From assembly GCA_041744215.1 (NCBI GenBank), contig JBGTLG010000004.1, positions 32,001-96,000 of the forward strand: a stretch of DNA of 64,000 bases, given 5' to 3'. Made by a program: the position numbers and the translations under genes. Below the pieces are notes generated by a model that saw only the letters and a list, made by a program, of their open reading frames with translations, was not told the origin of the DNA and searched no databases. Positions 39,291 through 48,440 of this stretch are shown here, in pieces. The stretch's first letter is position 1. Every line of letters starts with the position of its first letter. Origin of the DNA: Fimbriimonadales bacterium (GTDB lineage Bacteria > Armatimonadota > Fimbriimonadia > Fimbriimonadales > ATM1).

Positions 39291-40568
39291 ATGCAAACGA
39301 CGACGATTCTTGCCCAGGCTAGCGAGATAAGCGGCGAAGACACCGTATGGTGGGCGCTGCTTCGCATTGGCATTATCGTCGGGTTCCTACTAGCCGTCGT
39401 GCCGGGCATCATTTGGTGGGAAAGGCGCTTGCTGTCCTGGTTCCAAGATCGCATCGGCCCGAATCGCGTCGGACTCTTCGGATTCCTGCAACCCATCGCA
39501 GATGGAATCAAGCTGTTTCTAAAAGAAGAGGTAGTGCCGGATAAAGTTGACAGACTGATTTACATGATTGCGCCCGCGGTTGCGCTCTTTCCAGCTTTCG
39601 TCATACTCGCGACGACCCCGTGGGGCCCAAACACGTTGCTCACTCCAATTGCGGACGTCGACATCGGCATCTTGTGGGTTCTCGCGATCTCGTCGCTCGG
39701 AGTGTACGGCGTCGTGCTCGGCGGCTGGGCATCGAACAACAAGTATTCGCTACTTGGTGGACTTCGCAGTGCGGCGCAACTCGTCAGCTATGAACTCGCG
39801 ATGGGAGTAGCTCTTTACAGCGTCGCGCTTCCCTCCGGTTCATTGAGATTGACAGAAATGGTACAGCGACAGTTCGAGCCTCTCTACGGTATTGAGTGGC
39901 TGCAAAGCTGGTTTATTCTCACTCCATTCGGACTGATTGCGGGCATCATCTTCTTTATCTGCATGGTCGCCGAAACAAACCGCGCGCCGTTCGATCTTCC
40001 AGAAGCGGAATCCGAGCTCATCGCTGGATTCCATACTGAGTACTCGTCGATGAAATTCGCAGTGTTCTTCATGGGCGAATACGCGACGATGCTCGCTTTT
40101 TCCGCGATTTTCGCAGTCTTGTTCTTCGGAGGATGGAGCCCCGTTCCTCTCAACCTTGAGTACCTCGCAAACCTCGCTGCAAACAATGGAATGGGATGGC
40201 TGTCATCTGCATTAACTTTCCTTCTCAACCCATGGCTCGCCCCTGTGTGGTTCCTCGGCAAGACGACTCTCTTCCTAACATTCTTTATCTGGATTCGTGC
40301 CACTCTCCCGAGACTTCGTTATGACCAGCTGATGGCAGTAGGATGGAAGTATCTGTTGCCGATCGCCGCACTCAACTTCGTCGTCGTCGCGATTTGGATG
40401 ATGTATGGATGGCCCGCGATGTTCGCAGCCTTCGGACTCCTCATTCTTGTCTACGCGATGTACGTGGCAGTAGTCAGAATGCCGAGGGCGAAAAAGTTTG
40501 GTCCAACACTCACTCTTCTCGACATCCCCGCAAACACCGACCAAACAATTGAGGTGACCAAGTCATGA
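39291..40568 (+). CDS. nuoH: NADH-quinone oxidoreductase subunit H
   Basis: ERR...QDRIGPNRVG, LQPIADGIKL, AETNRAPFDLPEAESEL, LPRLRYDQLM. Confidence 0.97.
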   Translation: MQTTTILAQASEISGEDTVWWALLRIGIIVGFLLAVVPGIIWWERRLLSWFQDRIGPNRVGLFGFLQPIADGIKLFLKEEVVPDKVDRLIYMIAPAVALFPAFVILATTPWGPNTLLTPIADVDIGILWVLAISSLGVYGVVLGGWASNNKYSLLGGLRSAAQLVSYELAMGVALYSVALPSGSLRLTEMVQRQFEPLYGIEWLQSWFILTPFGLIAGIIFFICMVAETNRAPFDLPEAESELIAGFHTEYSSMKFAVFFMGEYATMLAFSAIFAVLFFGGWSPVPLNLEYLANLAANNGMGWLSSALTFLLNPWLAPVWFLGKTTLFLTFFIWIRATLPRLRYDQLMAVGWKYLLPIAALNFVVVAIWMMYGWPAMFAAFGLLILVYAMYVAVVRMPRAKKFGPTLTLLDIPANTDQTIEVTKS

Positions 40569-41068
40569 ACGTGGAAACGGTCGCGTTCATGATTCTTGCG
40601 CTTCTCGCAGTCGTTTCGGCTGTAGGAGTGATCGCATTCAAAAGCCCTGTGCGGAGCGCTATCTGCCTGGCGGGCAACTTCTTCATCCTCGGCGTTCTCT
40701 ACTTCATGATGAACTACGATCTGATCGGAATAAGCCAAATCTTGGTTTATACAGGGCTCATCATGATGCTCTTTCTGTTCGTCATTCTCTTGCTAAACCT
40801 CAGTGCGCCGCAAATGCTCCAAGAAAAGAGCTATATCAGATGGTGGGGAGCGTTCGCAGTCGCTGGAGCTCTCGGTATCGTCGTCTTCTCCCAAGTCGTA
40901 ATGCCGCTTGAATGGGCGCTCAGCCCGACGTCGAATCCCGAACTCGGAACAACAAAGTCCGTCGGCACCGCGCTCTTTTCAAACTACGTGTACGCGTTTG
41001 AAATCTGTAGCATTCTCTTGCTCGTCGGAATCGTGGGCTCAATACTGCTCGCAAAGAGGAGAGGGTGA
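40565..41068 (+). CDS. nuoJ: NADH-quinone oxidoreductase subunit J
   Basis: QILVYTG.IM.LFLFVI.LL, LFSNY.YAFE..SILLL; ATGA overlap with nuoH. Confidence 0.93.
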   Translation: MNVETVAFMILALLAVVSAVGVIAFKSPVRSAICLAGNFFILGVLYFMMNYDLIGISQILVYTGLIMMLFLFVILLLNLSAPQMLQEKSYIRWWGAFAVAGALGIVVFSQVVMPLEWALSPTSNPELGTTKSVGTALFSNYVYAFEICSILLLVGIVGSILLAKRRG

Positions 41069-41412
41069 TGGAAGGCATACCTTTGATGGGGTTCCTCGCC
41101 CTCGGCGCGGTGATGTTTCTTATCGGTGCCGTCGGTGTGACGATGAAGCGAAACCCGATCGTCATCTTCATGTGCATCGAACTAATGCTCAACGCCGCAA
41201 ATCTGACATTCCTCGCTTTTGCTCGCTATCACGAAACGCCGCTGCTCGGCATGATTTCGAGAGAGAACACGGTTATGAACGGACAGATGGCTGTGGTGTT
41301 CGTAATGGCCGTCGCCGCGGCCGAAGTCGCGATCGGGCTTGGAATCATCATGGCCATCTTCAGGACAAAAGACTCGATCGATATCGATGAAATGAACATT
41401 TTGAGAGGATGA
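41068..41412 (+). CDS. nuoK: NADH-quinone oxidoreductase subunit K
   Basis: RN.IVIFMCIELMLNAAN, AVAAAEVAIGL. Confidence 0.95.
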   Translation: MEGIPLMGFLALGAVMFLIGAVGVTMKRNPIVIFMCIELMLNAANLTFLAFARYHETPLLGMISRENTVMNGQMAVVFVMAVAAAEVAIGLGIIMAIFRTKDSIDIDEMNILRG

Positions 41413-41440
41413 AGAAACTGCAATCCAAACGGAGGGTGCA

Positions 41441-43642
41441 ATGCCTGAACTGATGGATCCGTCGATGCCGGCGGGTCTCAATCTCGTTTGGATGATCTTG
41501 CTGTTGCCGCTCGCAGGATTCCTGTTCCAAGCGGCATTCGGCAGGATCATCGAACGCGCATTCGGTCCAGCTCTTGGCCGAAGAATTCTCGGGTTTATGG
41601 CAGTCATTCCGATCGCTGTGGCGTTTGTGATCGGGTGCATACTCGTTACGCACATCGCTAATCAACCCTCGGACGCGCGCGTCGCAATCAGCACCTGGTT
41701 CGACTGGATTAACCTCCAGTCAATCCATATTCCTTTCGAGTTGCGCGTAGATCCACTCTCTCTCACGATGGTGCTGATCATCACGGGCATTGGTGCACTG
41801 ATTCATCTTTATGCCACAGGTTACATGGCTGCAGACAAGGACTATCCGCGGTTCTTCACTTATCTAAACCTCTTCATCGCATTCATGTTGATGCTCGTTC
41901 TGGGCAACAACCTCGCGCTTGTATTCATAGGCTGGGAAGGCGTTGGACTTTGCTCCTACCTGCTCATTGGGTTCTGGTACGAAGACATTGAGAACGCGAA
42001 GGCGGCGAACAAAGCGTTCATCGTGAACAGAATCGGCGACTGGGGCATGGCTCTTGGCATGTTTCTTATCGCCGTCGTGTTCGCTTCGAGCCAAAATCTG
42101 CTCGGTGGCGAAACGCGCTATCTCAGTTTCGACGTGATTCTCCCTCTCGCGCAGCAAGTTGTGGGCGAGTGGGGCGGCGCAGTCGTTTGGGCGATTCCGC
42201 TACTGCTGTTCATCGGAGCAGTAGGCAAGTCCGCGCAGTTTCCTCTGTACCTCTGGCTGCCCGATGCGATGGCGGGCCCGACTCCCGTCTCCGCGCTCAT
42301 TCACGCGGCGACGATGGTCACGGCTGGAGTCTATCTCGTCACGCGATGTCACGTTTTCTTCGAGATGTCCGCTTTCGCGATGGGAACGGTCGCCGTCATA
42401 GGCTGCTTCACTGCGATTTTCGCTGCGACGATCGCGTGGGGACAATACGACATCAAGAAAGTGCTCGCCTACTCGACTGTTTCGCAACTCGGATTTATGT
42501 TTCTCGCATGCGGAGTCGGTGCCTTCTCCACAGGAATGTTCCATGTCACGACCCATGCGTTCTTCAAAGCACTCCTCTTCCTTGGTGCGGGCGCGGTGAT
42601 TTACGCAATGGCACACAACCAGGACTTGCGAAACTATGGTGGGCTGCGGAAGTACATGAAGATCACGTACTTCTCAATGCTCATGGGGTGGCTCGCAATC
42701 TGCGGAATCCCAATCTGGGCAGGTTTTTGGAGCAAAGACGACATTCTCGGAAAAGTCTTTGCCAGCAACGATTATTGGCATGCACAAGGGTGGGCGATCA
42801 ATCCTGTCGTCCTTTGGGCGATAGGCCTTGTGACCGCAGTCCTCACCGCGGCCTACATGACGCGAATGTTTTGGCTCACATTTTTCAGCGGGGAAGAGCG
42901 ATGGAGGAACTTGCCGGACCCGCAGCACACGCATCGTCCTCATCACGTCCATGCGCACACCGCCCATCATGATGAAGACCCCGATGAACATGGTTTTTTC
43001 CTCGAAACAGTCGAAGAAGAGGGCCACCACGACCATCACGACCTCGGACCCACACACGAACCGAGAGAGGTCAAACCGTCAATGTGGTTCCCGCTCGTCG
43101 TCCTCGCTGCGCTTTCAACCGTCGGAGGACTGATCCTATCAGGAGGCTATCCTGTAACTGAGGTCTTCGGTGTCCATACGACCAATCTGTTCAAAGAATG
43201 GAATGCTGTTTCCGCACAGCCATCTGTATTGCCTTCGAAGGAGCTGTTCCAAGTCTCGCACTCGACCGAGGCAGTTCTTATCCTACTCTCGATCGCCGCT
43301 GGCCTGGCTGGCATTTTGTGGAATCGTGCTCGGTACAAGAAAGGTGTGCCAAAGAACGAAGACACGAAGCTCCGACGTTTCGCAGGTTCGCAGTGGGGTT
43401 ACGACAATGCAATGTATCAGGCGTTTGTCAACGCCGGCGGCAAACTCTCGGAAGCGTCCTATAAGCTGTTCGACAAGGGGATCATCGATACGCTCCTCGT
43501 CAATGGAGTGCCGTGGTTGGTCGCATCGACTGGAAAGCTCTTCCGTAAGACGCAGTCTGGGTATGCCAGGTCTTACGCGATGGCGATTCTCATCGGCGCG
43601 CTTGCAATCGCGTCCTACATCTTCTACTCGGTTTCAAGGTAA
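41441..43642 (+). CDS. nuoL: NADH-quinone oxidoreductase subunit L
   Basis: GWEGVGLCSYLLIGFW, GKSAQFPL..WLPDAMAGPTPVSALIHAATMV, THAFFKALLFL. Confidence 0.97.
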   Translation: MPELMDPSMPAGLNLVWMILLLPLAGFLFQAAFGRIIERAFGPALGRRILGFMAVIPIAVAFVIGCILVTHIANQPSDARVAISTWFDWINLQSIHIPFELRVDPLSLTMVLIITGIGALIHLYATGYMAADKDYPRFFTYLNLFIAFMLMLVLGNNLALVFIGWEGVGLCSYLLIGFWYEDIENAKAANKAFIVNRIGDWGMALGMFLIAVVFASSQNLLGGETRYLSFDVILPLAQQVVGEWGGAVVWAIPLLLFIGAVGKSAQFPLYLWLPDAMAGPTPVSALIHAATMVTAGVYLVTRCHVFFEMSAFAMGTVAVIGCFTAIFAATIAWGQYDIKKVLAYSTVSQLGFMFLACGVGAFSTGMFHVTTHAFFKALLFLGAGAVIYAMAHNQDLRNYGGLRKYMKITYFSMLMGWLAICGIPIWAGFWSKDDILGKVFASNDYWHAQGWAINPVVLWAIGLVTAVLTAAYMTRMFWLTFFSGEERWRNLPDPQHTHRPHHVHAHTAHHDEDPDEHGFFLETVEEEGHHDHHDLGPTHEPREVKPSMWFPLVVLAALSTVGGLILSGGYPVTEVFGVHTTNLFKEWNAVSAQPSVLPSKELFQVSHSTEAVLILLSIAAGLAGILWNRARYKKGVPKNEDTKLRRFAGSQWGYDNAMYQAFVNAGGKLSEASYKLFDKGIIDTLLVNGVPWLVASTGKLFRKTQSGYARSYAMAILIGALAIASYIFYSVSR

Positions 43643-43645
43643 TAC

Positions 43646-45343
43646 ATGAATACACTCGCGCAGACGACTACACAAGGCATGGGGCTTTTGAGCCTTATGA
43701 TCTTCATCCCGCTCATTGGAGCGGGAGTCCTCGCGCTGATCCCTCGCGAGTATGCGTCGTGGCATCGCTACCTTGCGCTTCTCTGCTCCTTCGTCGCGTT
43801 CCTAGTTTCCGTATCCACCTGGTACTTCTTTAGTGGGAACACTTACCACTTCCAGTTTGTCGAGTCGATCCCATGGATCCAATCTCTTGGAATAACTTAC
43901 AAACTTGGAATCGACGGAATCAGTCTTTGGCTGATCCTGCTGACCACGTTCATTACCGTGATTTCAATCTGGTTCAGCTTTTATGTGAAAGAGCGAGCCA
44001 AAGACTTTATGATTGCGTTGCTGGTGCTGGAAACCGCGATGCTCGGAGTGTTTTGCGCACTTGATCTGATCCTGTTTTATGTCTTCTTCGAGGCGACCCT
44101 CGTCCCAATGTACATCCTTATTGCTGTCTGGGGTGGCAAGAACCGTCAGTACGCATCAGTCAAATTCTTCCTCTACACGTTCCTCGGGTCCATTTTCATG
44201 CTCGTGGCCATCATCGCGATGCGGTTTATGGCTGGGTCGTTCGACCTGATCGTCCTGCAAGACCTCGCGAGCCGCGGCGAACTTGCCGTTGACAATGTGC
44301 AGATGTGGCTGTTTGCGGCCTTCGCATTGGCGTTCGCGGTGAAAGTCCCAATGTTTCCCGTGCATACGTGGCTGCCAGACGCGCACACCGAGGCGCCAAC
44401 TGCCGGCTCAATCATTCTCGCCGCAGTCATGCTGAAGATGGGAGCTTATGGCTTCCTTCGTTTCTGCCTCCCTCTGTTCCCAGAAGCGACGATACAGGCA
44501 GCGCCATTCATGATGGGGCTCGCGGTAGTCGGCATCATTTACGGAGCAATCATGGCTGCCGTGCAAACAGACTGGAAGCGGCTCGTCGCTTACTCGTCGG
44601 TGAGTCACCTGGGCTTTGTCATGCTTGGGATCTTCGCGCTGAATCACAATGGACTGACAGGCGGCGTGCTTCAATCAATCAACCACGGGATAAGCACTGG
44701 CGCATTGTTCCTCATGGTCGGAATGATCTACGAAAGAACGCACACGCGACTGTTCAAAGACTACAGCGGCCTCAAACGGCAAATGCCAATGTTCGCGATG
44801 CTTTTTCTGATTATCATGCTCAGCTCCGTCGGACTTCCGAGCATGAACGGATTCATTGGGGAATTCCTGACACTGCTCGGAGCATTCCAAGCTGGCTTCG
44901 AGGGCGCAGTGCCAATGTGGATGCCAATCGCCGCTGGCGCGGGAGTCGTACTCGCTGCGGTCTACCTGCTGTGGATGTTTCAGAGAGTCTTCTACGGACC
45001 AAATGATAAGCCTGTGATAAAGAGACTTCGCGACATCAAGCCCTGGGAACAAGCATCAGTTTGGCTACTCGTCGTTTTCGTGTTCTGGGCAGGACTCTAT
45101 CCGACTTTCTTTACGCAAAAGATGGAAGCGAGCATCAACGCGGTGAGACATCAAACCTTGTTGCCGCAGGGTGAGCGACCGACATGGGCGGACAAGAGTA
45201 TCGACATCAATGGCAACGGCGACATTGTTGAGGCTCTCGAACGGGACTCCGAGGATCTGGGAACCTGGACACAAGGGCGAGTGCTTGTGCAGAACAACCA
45301 CTACCTCCAAAAGGGTGAGGCTCGGGCGGTGGCAGTTCGATGA
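43646..45343 (+). CDS. nuoM: NADH-quinone oxidoreductase subunit M
   Basis: GIDGISL, FYVFFE, KVPMFPVHTWLPDAHTEAPTAGS, LVAYSSVSHLG. Confidence 0.97.
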   Translation: MNTLAQTTTQGMGLLSLMIFIPLIGAGVLALIPREYASWHRYLALLCSFVAFLVSVSTWYFFSGNTYHFQFVESIPWIQSLGITYKLGIDGISLWLILLTTFITVISIWFSFYVKERAKDFMIALLVLETAMLGVFCALDLILFYVFFEATLVPMYILIAVWGGKNRQYASVKFFLYTFLGSIFMLVAIIAMRFMAGSFDLIVLQDLASRGELAVDNVQMWLFAAFALAFAVKVPMFPVHTWLPDAHTEAPTAGSIILAAVMLKMGAYGFLRFCLPLFPEATIQAAPFMMGLAVVGIIYGAIMAAVQTDWKRLVAYSSVSHLGFVMLGIFALNHNGLTGGVLQSINHGISTGALFLMVGMIYERTHTRLFKDYSGLKRQMPMFAMLFLIIMLSSVGLPSMNGFIGEFLTLLGAFQAGFEGAVPMWMPIAAGAGVVLAAVYLLWMFQRVFYGPNDKPVIKRLRDIKPWEQASVWLLVVFVFWAGLYPTFFTQKMEASINAVRHQTLLPQGERPTWADKSIDINGNGDIVEALERDSEDLGTWTQGRVLVQNNHYLQKGEARAVAVR

Positions 45344-46104
45344 ATTGTCGCGAGAGATTGACGGCCGCTGGCAGAGGAGGCCAGACAGACCGTGCGCCCT
45401 GGTTTGCTTGGTTTCCTAACGCCTCCTACCTCAATCTTTTATCATTCGCTCGTGAATACAAGCCCGACGCAATTGTCACCTCATCACACGACGATGCAAC
45501 ATCCTTCCTTGATGAGCTCGGAAGCGACGGACCGGCAGTACTCTTCGAAGTGGTGAACCCCTACGGACTCGCGCTCGTCGACGACCTCGATCTAAACGCG
45601 ATGATCCAAGCAGACCCGTATGAAGGCCATGTGCTGCATGCGAAGTATTCGACAGTGATCGCTGAAACGCTCGAGTGGGCGATGGATGCAGGGTGCGATG
45701 GAGTCTTCTACCGCCTCCTCGGCGCCGCACCGCAGTGGTCGACGCCGATGCAGTACGGTGGACATCACCTCGGGCGCGATCGTGATCTGCTCGACTCTGT
45801 GAATGAGGCGCGATTTAACGTTGTCTATGTCGATGGCGGACCTGGCGTCTATCTCGACTTCGTTAGCGATCTCCCAGCATCGGCTTTTGCCTGGGACGAA
45901 GCCGAAAGCGGAATCTCGCCGAGCGAGGTCCGCGAGCTGCGGATGGGAACGATCGCTTGCGGATTGTTCGGTGATAAAAAGAAGCTTTGGAAAGACTTCG
46001 ATGCAACCGGTTTGGTTTTCTTTGCGAGATCAACGTTCGATGCCGACTTTGAACAAATCGCTCTCGAGTGCAATCAGCTGAGGAGTCACGCGCCGCATGA
46101 ATAG
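45340..46104 (+). CDS. Hypothetical protein with uroporphyrinogen decarboxylase (URO-D/MtaA)-like fold, within the nuo operon
   Basis: N-terminal MNCRERL.AA.RG...DRAP typical of the URO-D superfamily; GCDGVFY; overlaps both nuoM and nuoN. Confidence 0.7.
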   Translation: MNCRERLTAAGRGGQTDRAPWFAWFPNASYLNLLSFAREYKPDAIVTSSHDDATSFLDELGSDGPAVLFEVVNPYGLALVDDLDLNAMIQADPYEGHVLHAKYSTVIAETLEWAMDAGCDGVFYRLLGAAPQWSTPMQYGGHHLGRDRDLLDSVNEARFNVVYVDGGPGVYLDFVSDLPASAFAWDEAESGISPSEVRELRMGTIACGLFGDKKKLWKDFDATGLVFFARSTFDADFEQIALECNQLRSHAPHE

Positions 46105-47611
46105 CGCAATTGTCCAACCCGCGCCGATTCCATGGGATGCCTTGCTGCCTCTCATCGTCGTTGCCTCCACAGGCCTGCTTGCAATGATCATCGAGATGAT
46201 CTGGCCCCGTCGCAGCAATGACTTGATCGTATGGGTTTGCATTGCGGGACTTGCCGCAGCGGCTGGCACGGTTGTCTGGCATTGGCACCTGCCCCCAATC
46301 GAATCATTCGGCCTTCGCTTCGACAACGCGGAAGGTTCGCTTGGTGGTGGTCTTTTCATCCATGATCGGTTCGCACAGATCATTCAGCTTACGTTGATAG
46401 CGACCGCGTTCCTGACCGTCCTGTTTAGCGAGGGCTATCTGCGCGAAAAGAGGCTTGCGTTTGGCGAGTTTTATCCGCTCGTCATGTGGGCCACGATGGG
46501 TGGGATTATCATGGCAACGTCGAGGGACTTGCTAATTGTCTTCCTGGGATTAGAAACACTCTCGATCGCCCTCTACGTTCTTGCTGGCCTTAGCCAGAAG
46601 GAGAAGCGATCGCAAGAGTCTGCGCTCAAGTACTTCTTGCTCGGTGCTTTCGCTTCGGGCTTTATGCTGTACGGCATCGCATTGATCTACGGCGCTACCG
46701 GGACTACCCATGTGGAAGGAATAAGTGCGCTCTTTGCGCTTAACCTGCCGAATCCAACCGCAGTCAACATCGCGTATGCAGGGTTCGGCCTTATTCTCGT
46801 CGGGTTCGCCTTCAAGGTGGCGCTGGTTCCGTTCCACATGTGGACCCCCGATGTGTATCAGGGCGCGCCGACTGTTGTAACGGGATTCATGGCCGTGGCG
46901 TCGAAGGTCGCGGCGTTCGCCGCATTGGTTAGGTTCCTCGACGCGTCCATGCCGCTCAGTGCTGTCTGGATTCCCATTCTTACCGTCCTCGCGGTCGTCA
47001 CGATGACAGTAGGAAATCTAATCGCGATCGCGCAAAAAGATGCGAAGCGCATTCTCGCGTATTCGAGCATCGCACAAGCAGGATACATTCTTGTCGGCAT
47101 AATCGCATGGGCGAAGGCAAGCTCTCTACCTGACGTGTCCGTCGGCTTCCATGCCGTCATCTATTATCTGATCGCGTATAGCTTTACGACCATCGGAGCG
47201 TTCGCTGTGTTGTCCGTTGCGGCGCAGAAAGGTAAAGAGGGAACGCTCGTCGAAGACTTGAATGGCATGTGGCGCCGCGCGCCGTTCCCTGCTGCAATGA
47301 TGATCATCTTCATGGCTTCGCTTGCAGGAATTCCAATCACCGGCGGATTTTTCGGCAAGCTATTCATCTTCCAAGACGCGGTTCAAACCGGAATGTTGTG
47401 GCTCGCACTCGTTCTCGCCGTGAACTCGGTAATCAGCGTCGCTTACTACTTGCGAATTGTCCAGGCAACACTCAAAGATCCCGACGTTCACCCGACAAAG
47501 TTTGGGGCCGTCAACGTTGGACTTTTCGCGGCTTGCTTTGTGTGCGCGCTGGGCGTATTCGGAATCGCGGTGTTCGCGGATCCGCTGCTTCGCTGGATTA
47601 GCGGTGGGTAG
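46097..47611 (+). CDS. nuoN: NADH-quinone oxidoreductase subunit N
   Basis: ESALKYFLLG, FKVALVPFHMWTPDVYQGAP, KRILAYSSIAQAGY, SLAGIP. Confidence 0.97.
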   Translation: MNSAIVQPAPIPWDALLPLIVVASTGLLAMIIEMIWPRRSNDLIVWVCIAGLAAAAGTVVWHWHLPPIESFGLRFDNAEGSLGGGLFIHDRFAQIIQLTLIATAFLTVLFSEGYLREKRLAFGEFYPLVMWATMGGIIMATSRDLLIVFLGLETLSIALYVLAGLSQKEKRSQESALKYFLLGAFASGFMLYGIALIYGATGTTHVEGISALFALNLPNPTAVNIAYAGFGLILVGFAFKVALVPFHMWTPDVYQGAPTVVTGFMAVASKVAAFAALVRFLDASMPLSAVWIPILTVLAVVTMTVGNLIAIAQKDAKRILAYSSIAQAGYILVGIIAWAKASSLPDVSVGFHAVIYYLIAYSFTTIGAFAVLSVAAQKGKEGTLVEDLNGMWRRAPFPAAMMIIFMASLAGIPITGGFFGKLFIFQDAVQTGMLWLALVLAVNSVISVAYYLRIVQATLKDPDVHPTKFGAVNVGLFAACFVCALGVFGIAVFADPLLRWISGG

Positions 47612-47632
47612 CTCAATCTGGCCCGCAAAGAT

Positions 47633-48400
47633 CTAGTAGAACCAAGCGGCAAGAAAGTAGTTGGTAATGTAAATCAAAACCATACTGATCACAACCGCAT
47701 TCGTGGTGGCCCGCCCCACTCCGACTGCACCGCCAGTCGTTCGAAGTCCTTGTTGGCAGGCTACAATCGCGATAATCAAACCAAAAAACGCCGTCTTCAA
47801 AACCCCGCCTGCGAAGTCCCAAGGTTCCGTAAAGACCTGAAGCGAGCGGATGAACTGCGACGTAGGAATTCCGTGCCCTGATGCGACGAGCATCGCGCCG
47901 GTCGTCGCGCAGTAAGTTCCAACCAGCGCAAGCACAGGCAGCATGGTTAATCCTGCTACGACACGAGGAATCAAAAGGTAAGAAAACGGATTCACGGCAA
48001 GCGCGCGCAGCGCATCGATCTGCTCGGTAACTGCCATCGTTCCGATCTGGGCGGCCATCGCACTGCCACACCTCGCAGCAACCATGATCCCCGCGATGAC
48101 AGGCGCGAGTTCCCGACCGACCGTCAGCCCGATAACGCCGCCCATCAATTCGCCTGCCCCCGACCGCTGGAGCAAAGGCGAGAGATACAGCGAAAGCACT
48201 GCCCCAGACGCGAAGGTGGTCATTGCGACGATCGGAACGCTGCTAACGCCGACGAAAGCCATCTGCCCCAGCGTCTCCCCCACCTCGAAAGGTCGCCGGA
48301 ACAACCGCTTGCAGGTCTCCCAGAGAAGGATAGTAACCTCGCCGACGAACACAATAGGCGGCAACAGCCAACTGTGCGCCCTCTTCGCCGGCCGAGACAT
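47633..48400 (-). CDS. mlaE: MlaE-family ABC transporter permease
   Basis: RELAPV...AAR.GSAMAAQIGTM..TEQIDAL, GGAVGVGRATT.AVV. Confidence 0.9.
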   Translation of the reverse strand: MSRPAKRAHSWLLPPIVFVGEVTILLWETCKRLFRRPFEVGETLGQMAFVGVSSVPIVAMTTFASGAVLSLYLSPLLQRSGAGELMGGVIGLTVGRELAPVIAGIMVAARCGSAMAAQIGTMAVTEQIDALRALAVNPFSYLLIPRVVAGLTMLPVLALVGTYCATTGAMLVASGHGIPTSQFIRSLQVFTEPWDFAGGVLKTAFFGLIIAIVACQQGLRTTGGAVGVGRATTNAVVISMVLIYITNYFLAAWFY

Positions 48401-48440
48401 GAAGGCAGTATATCCCCCCTAAAGCCGGTATATTCCAAGC

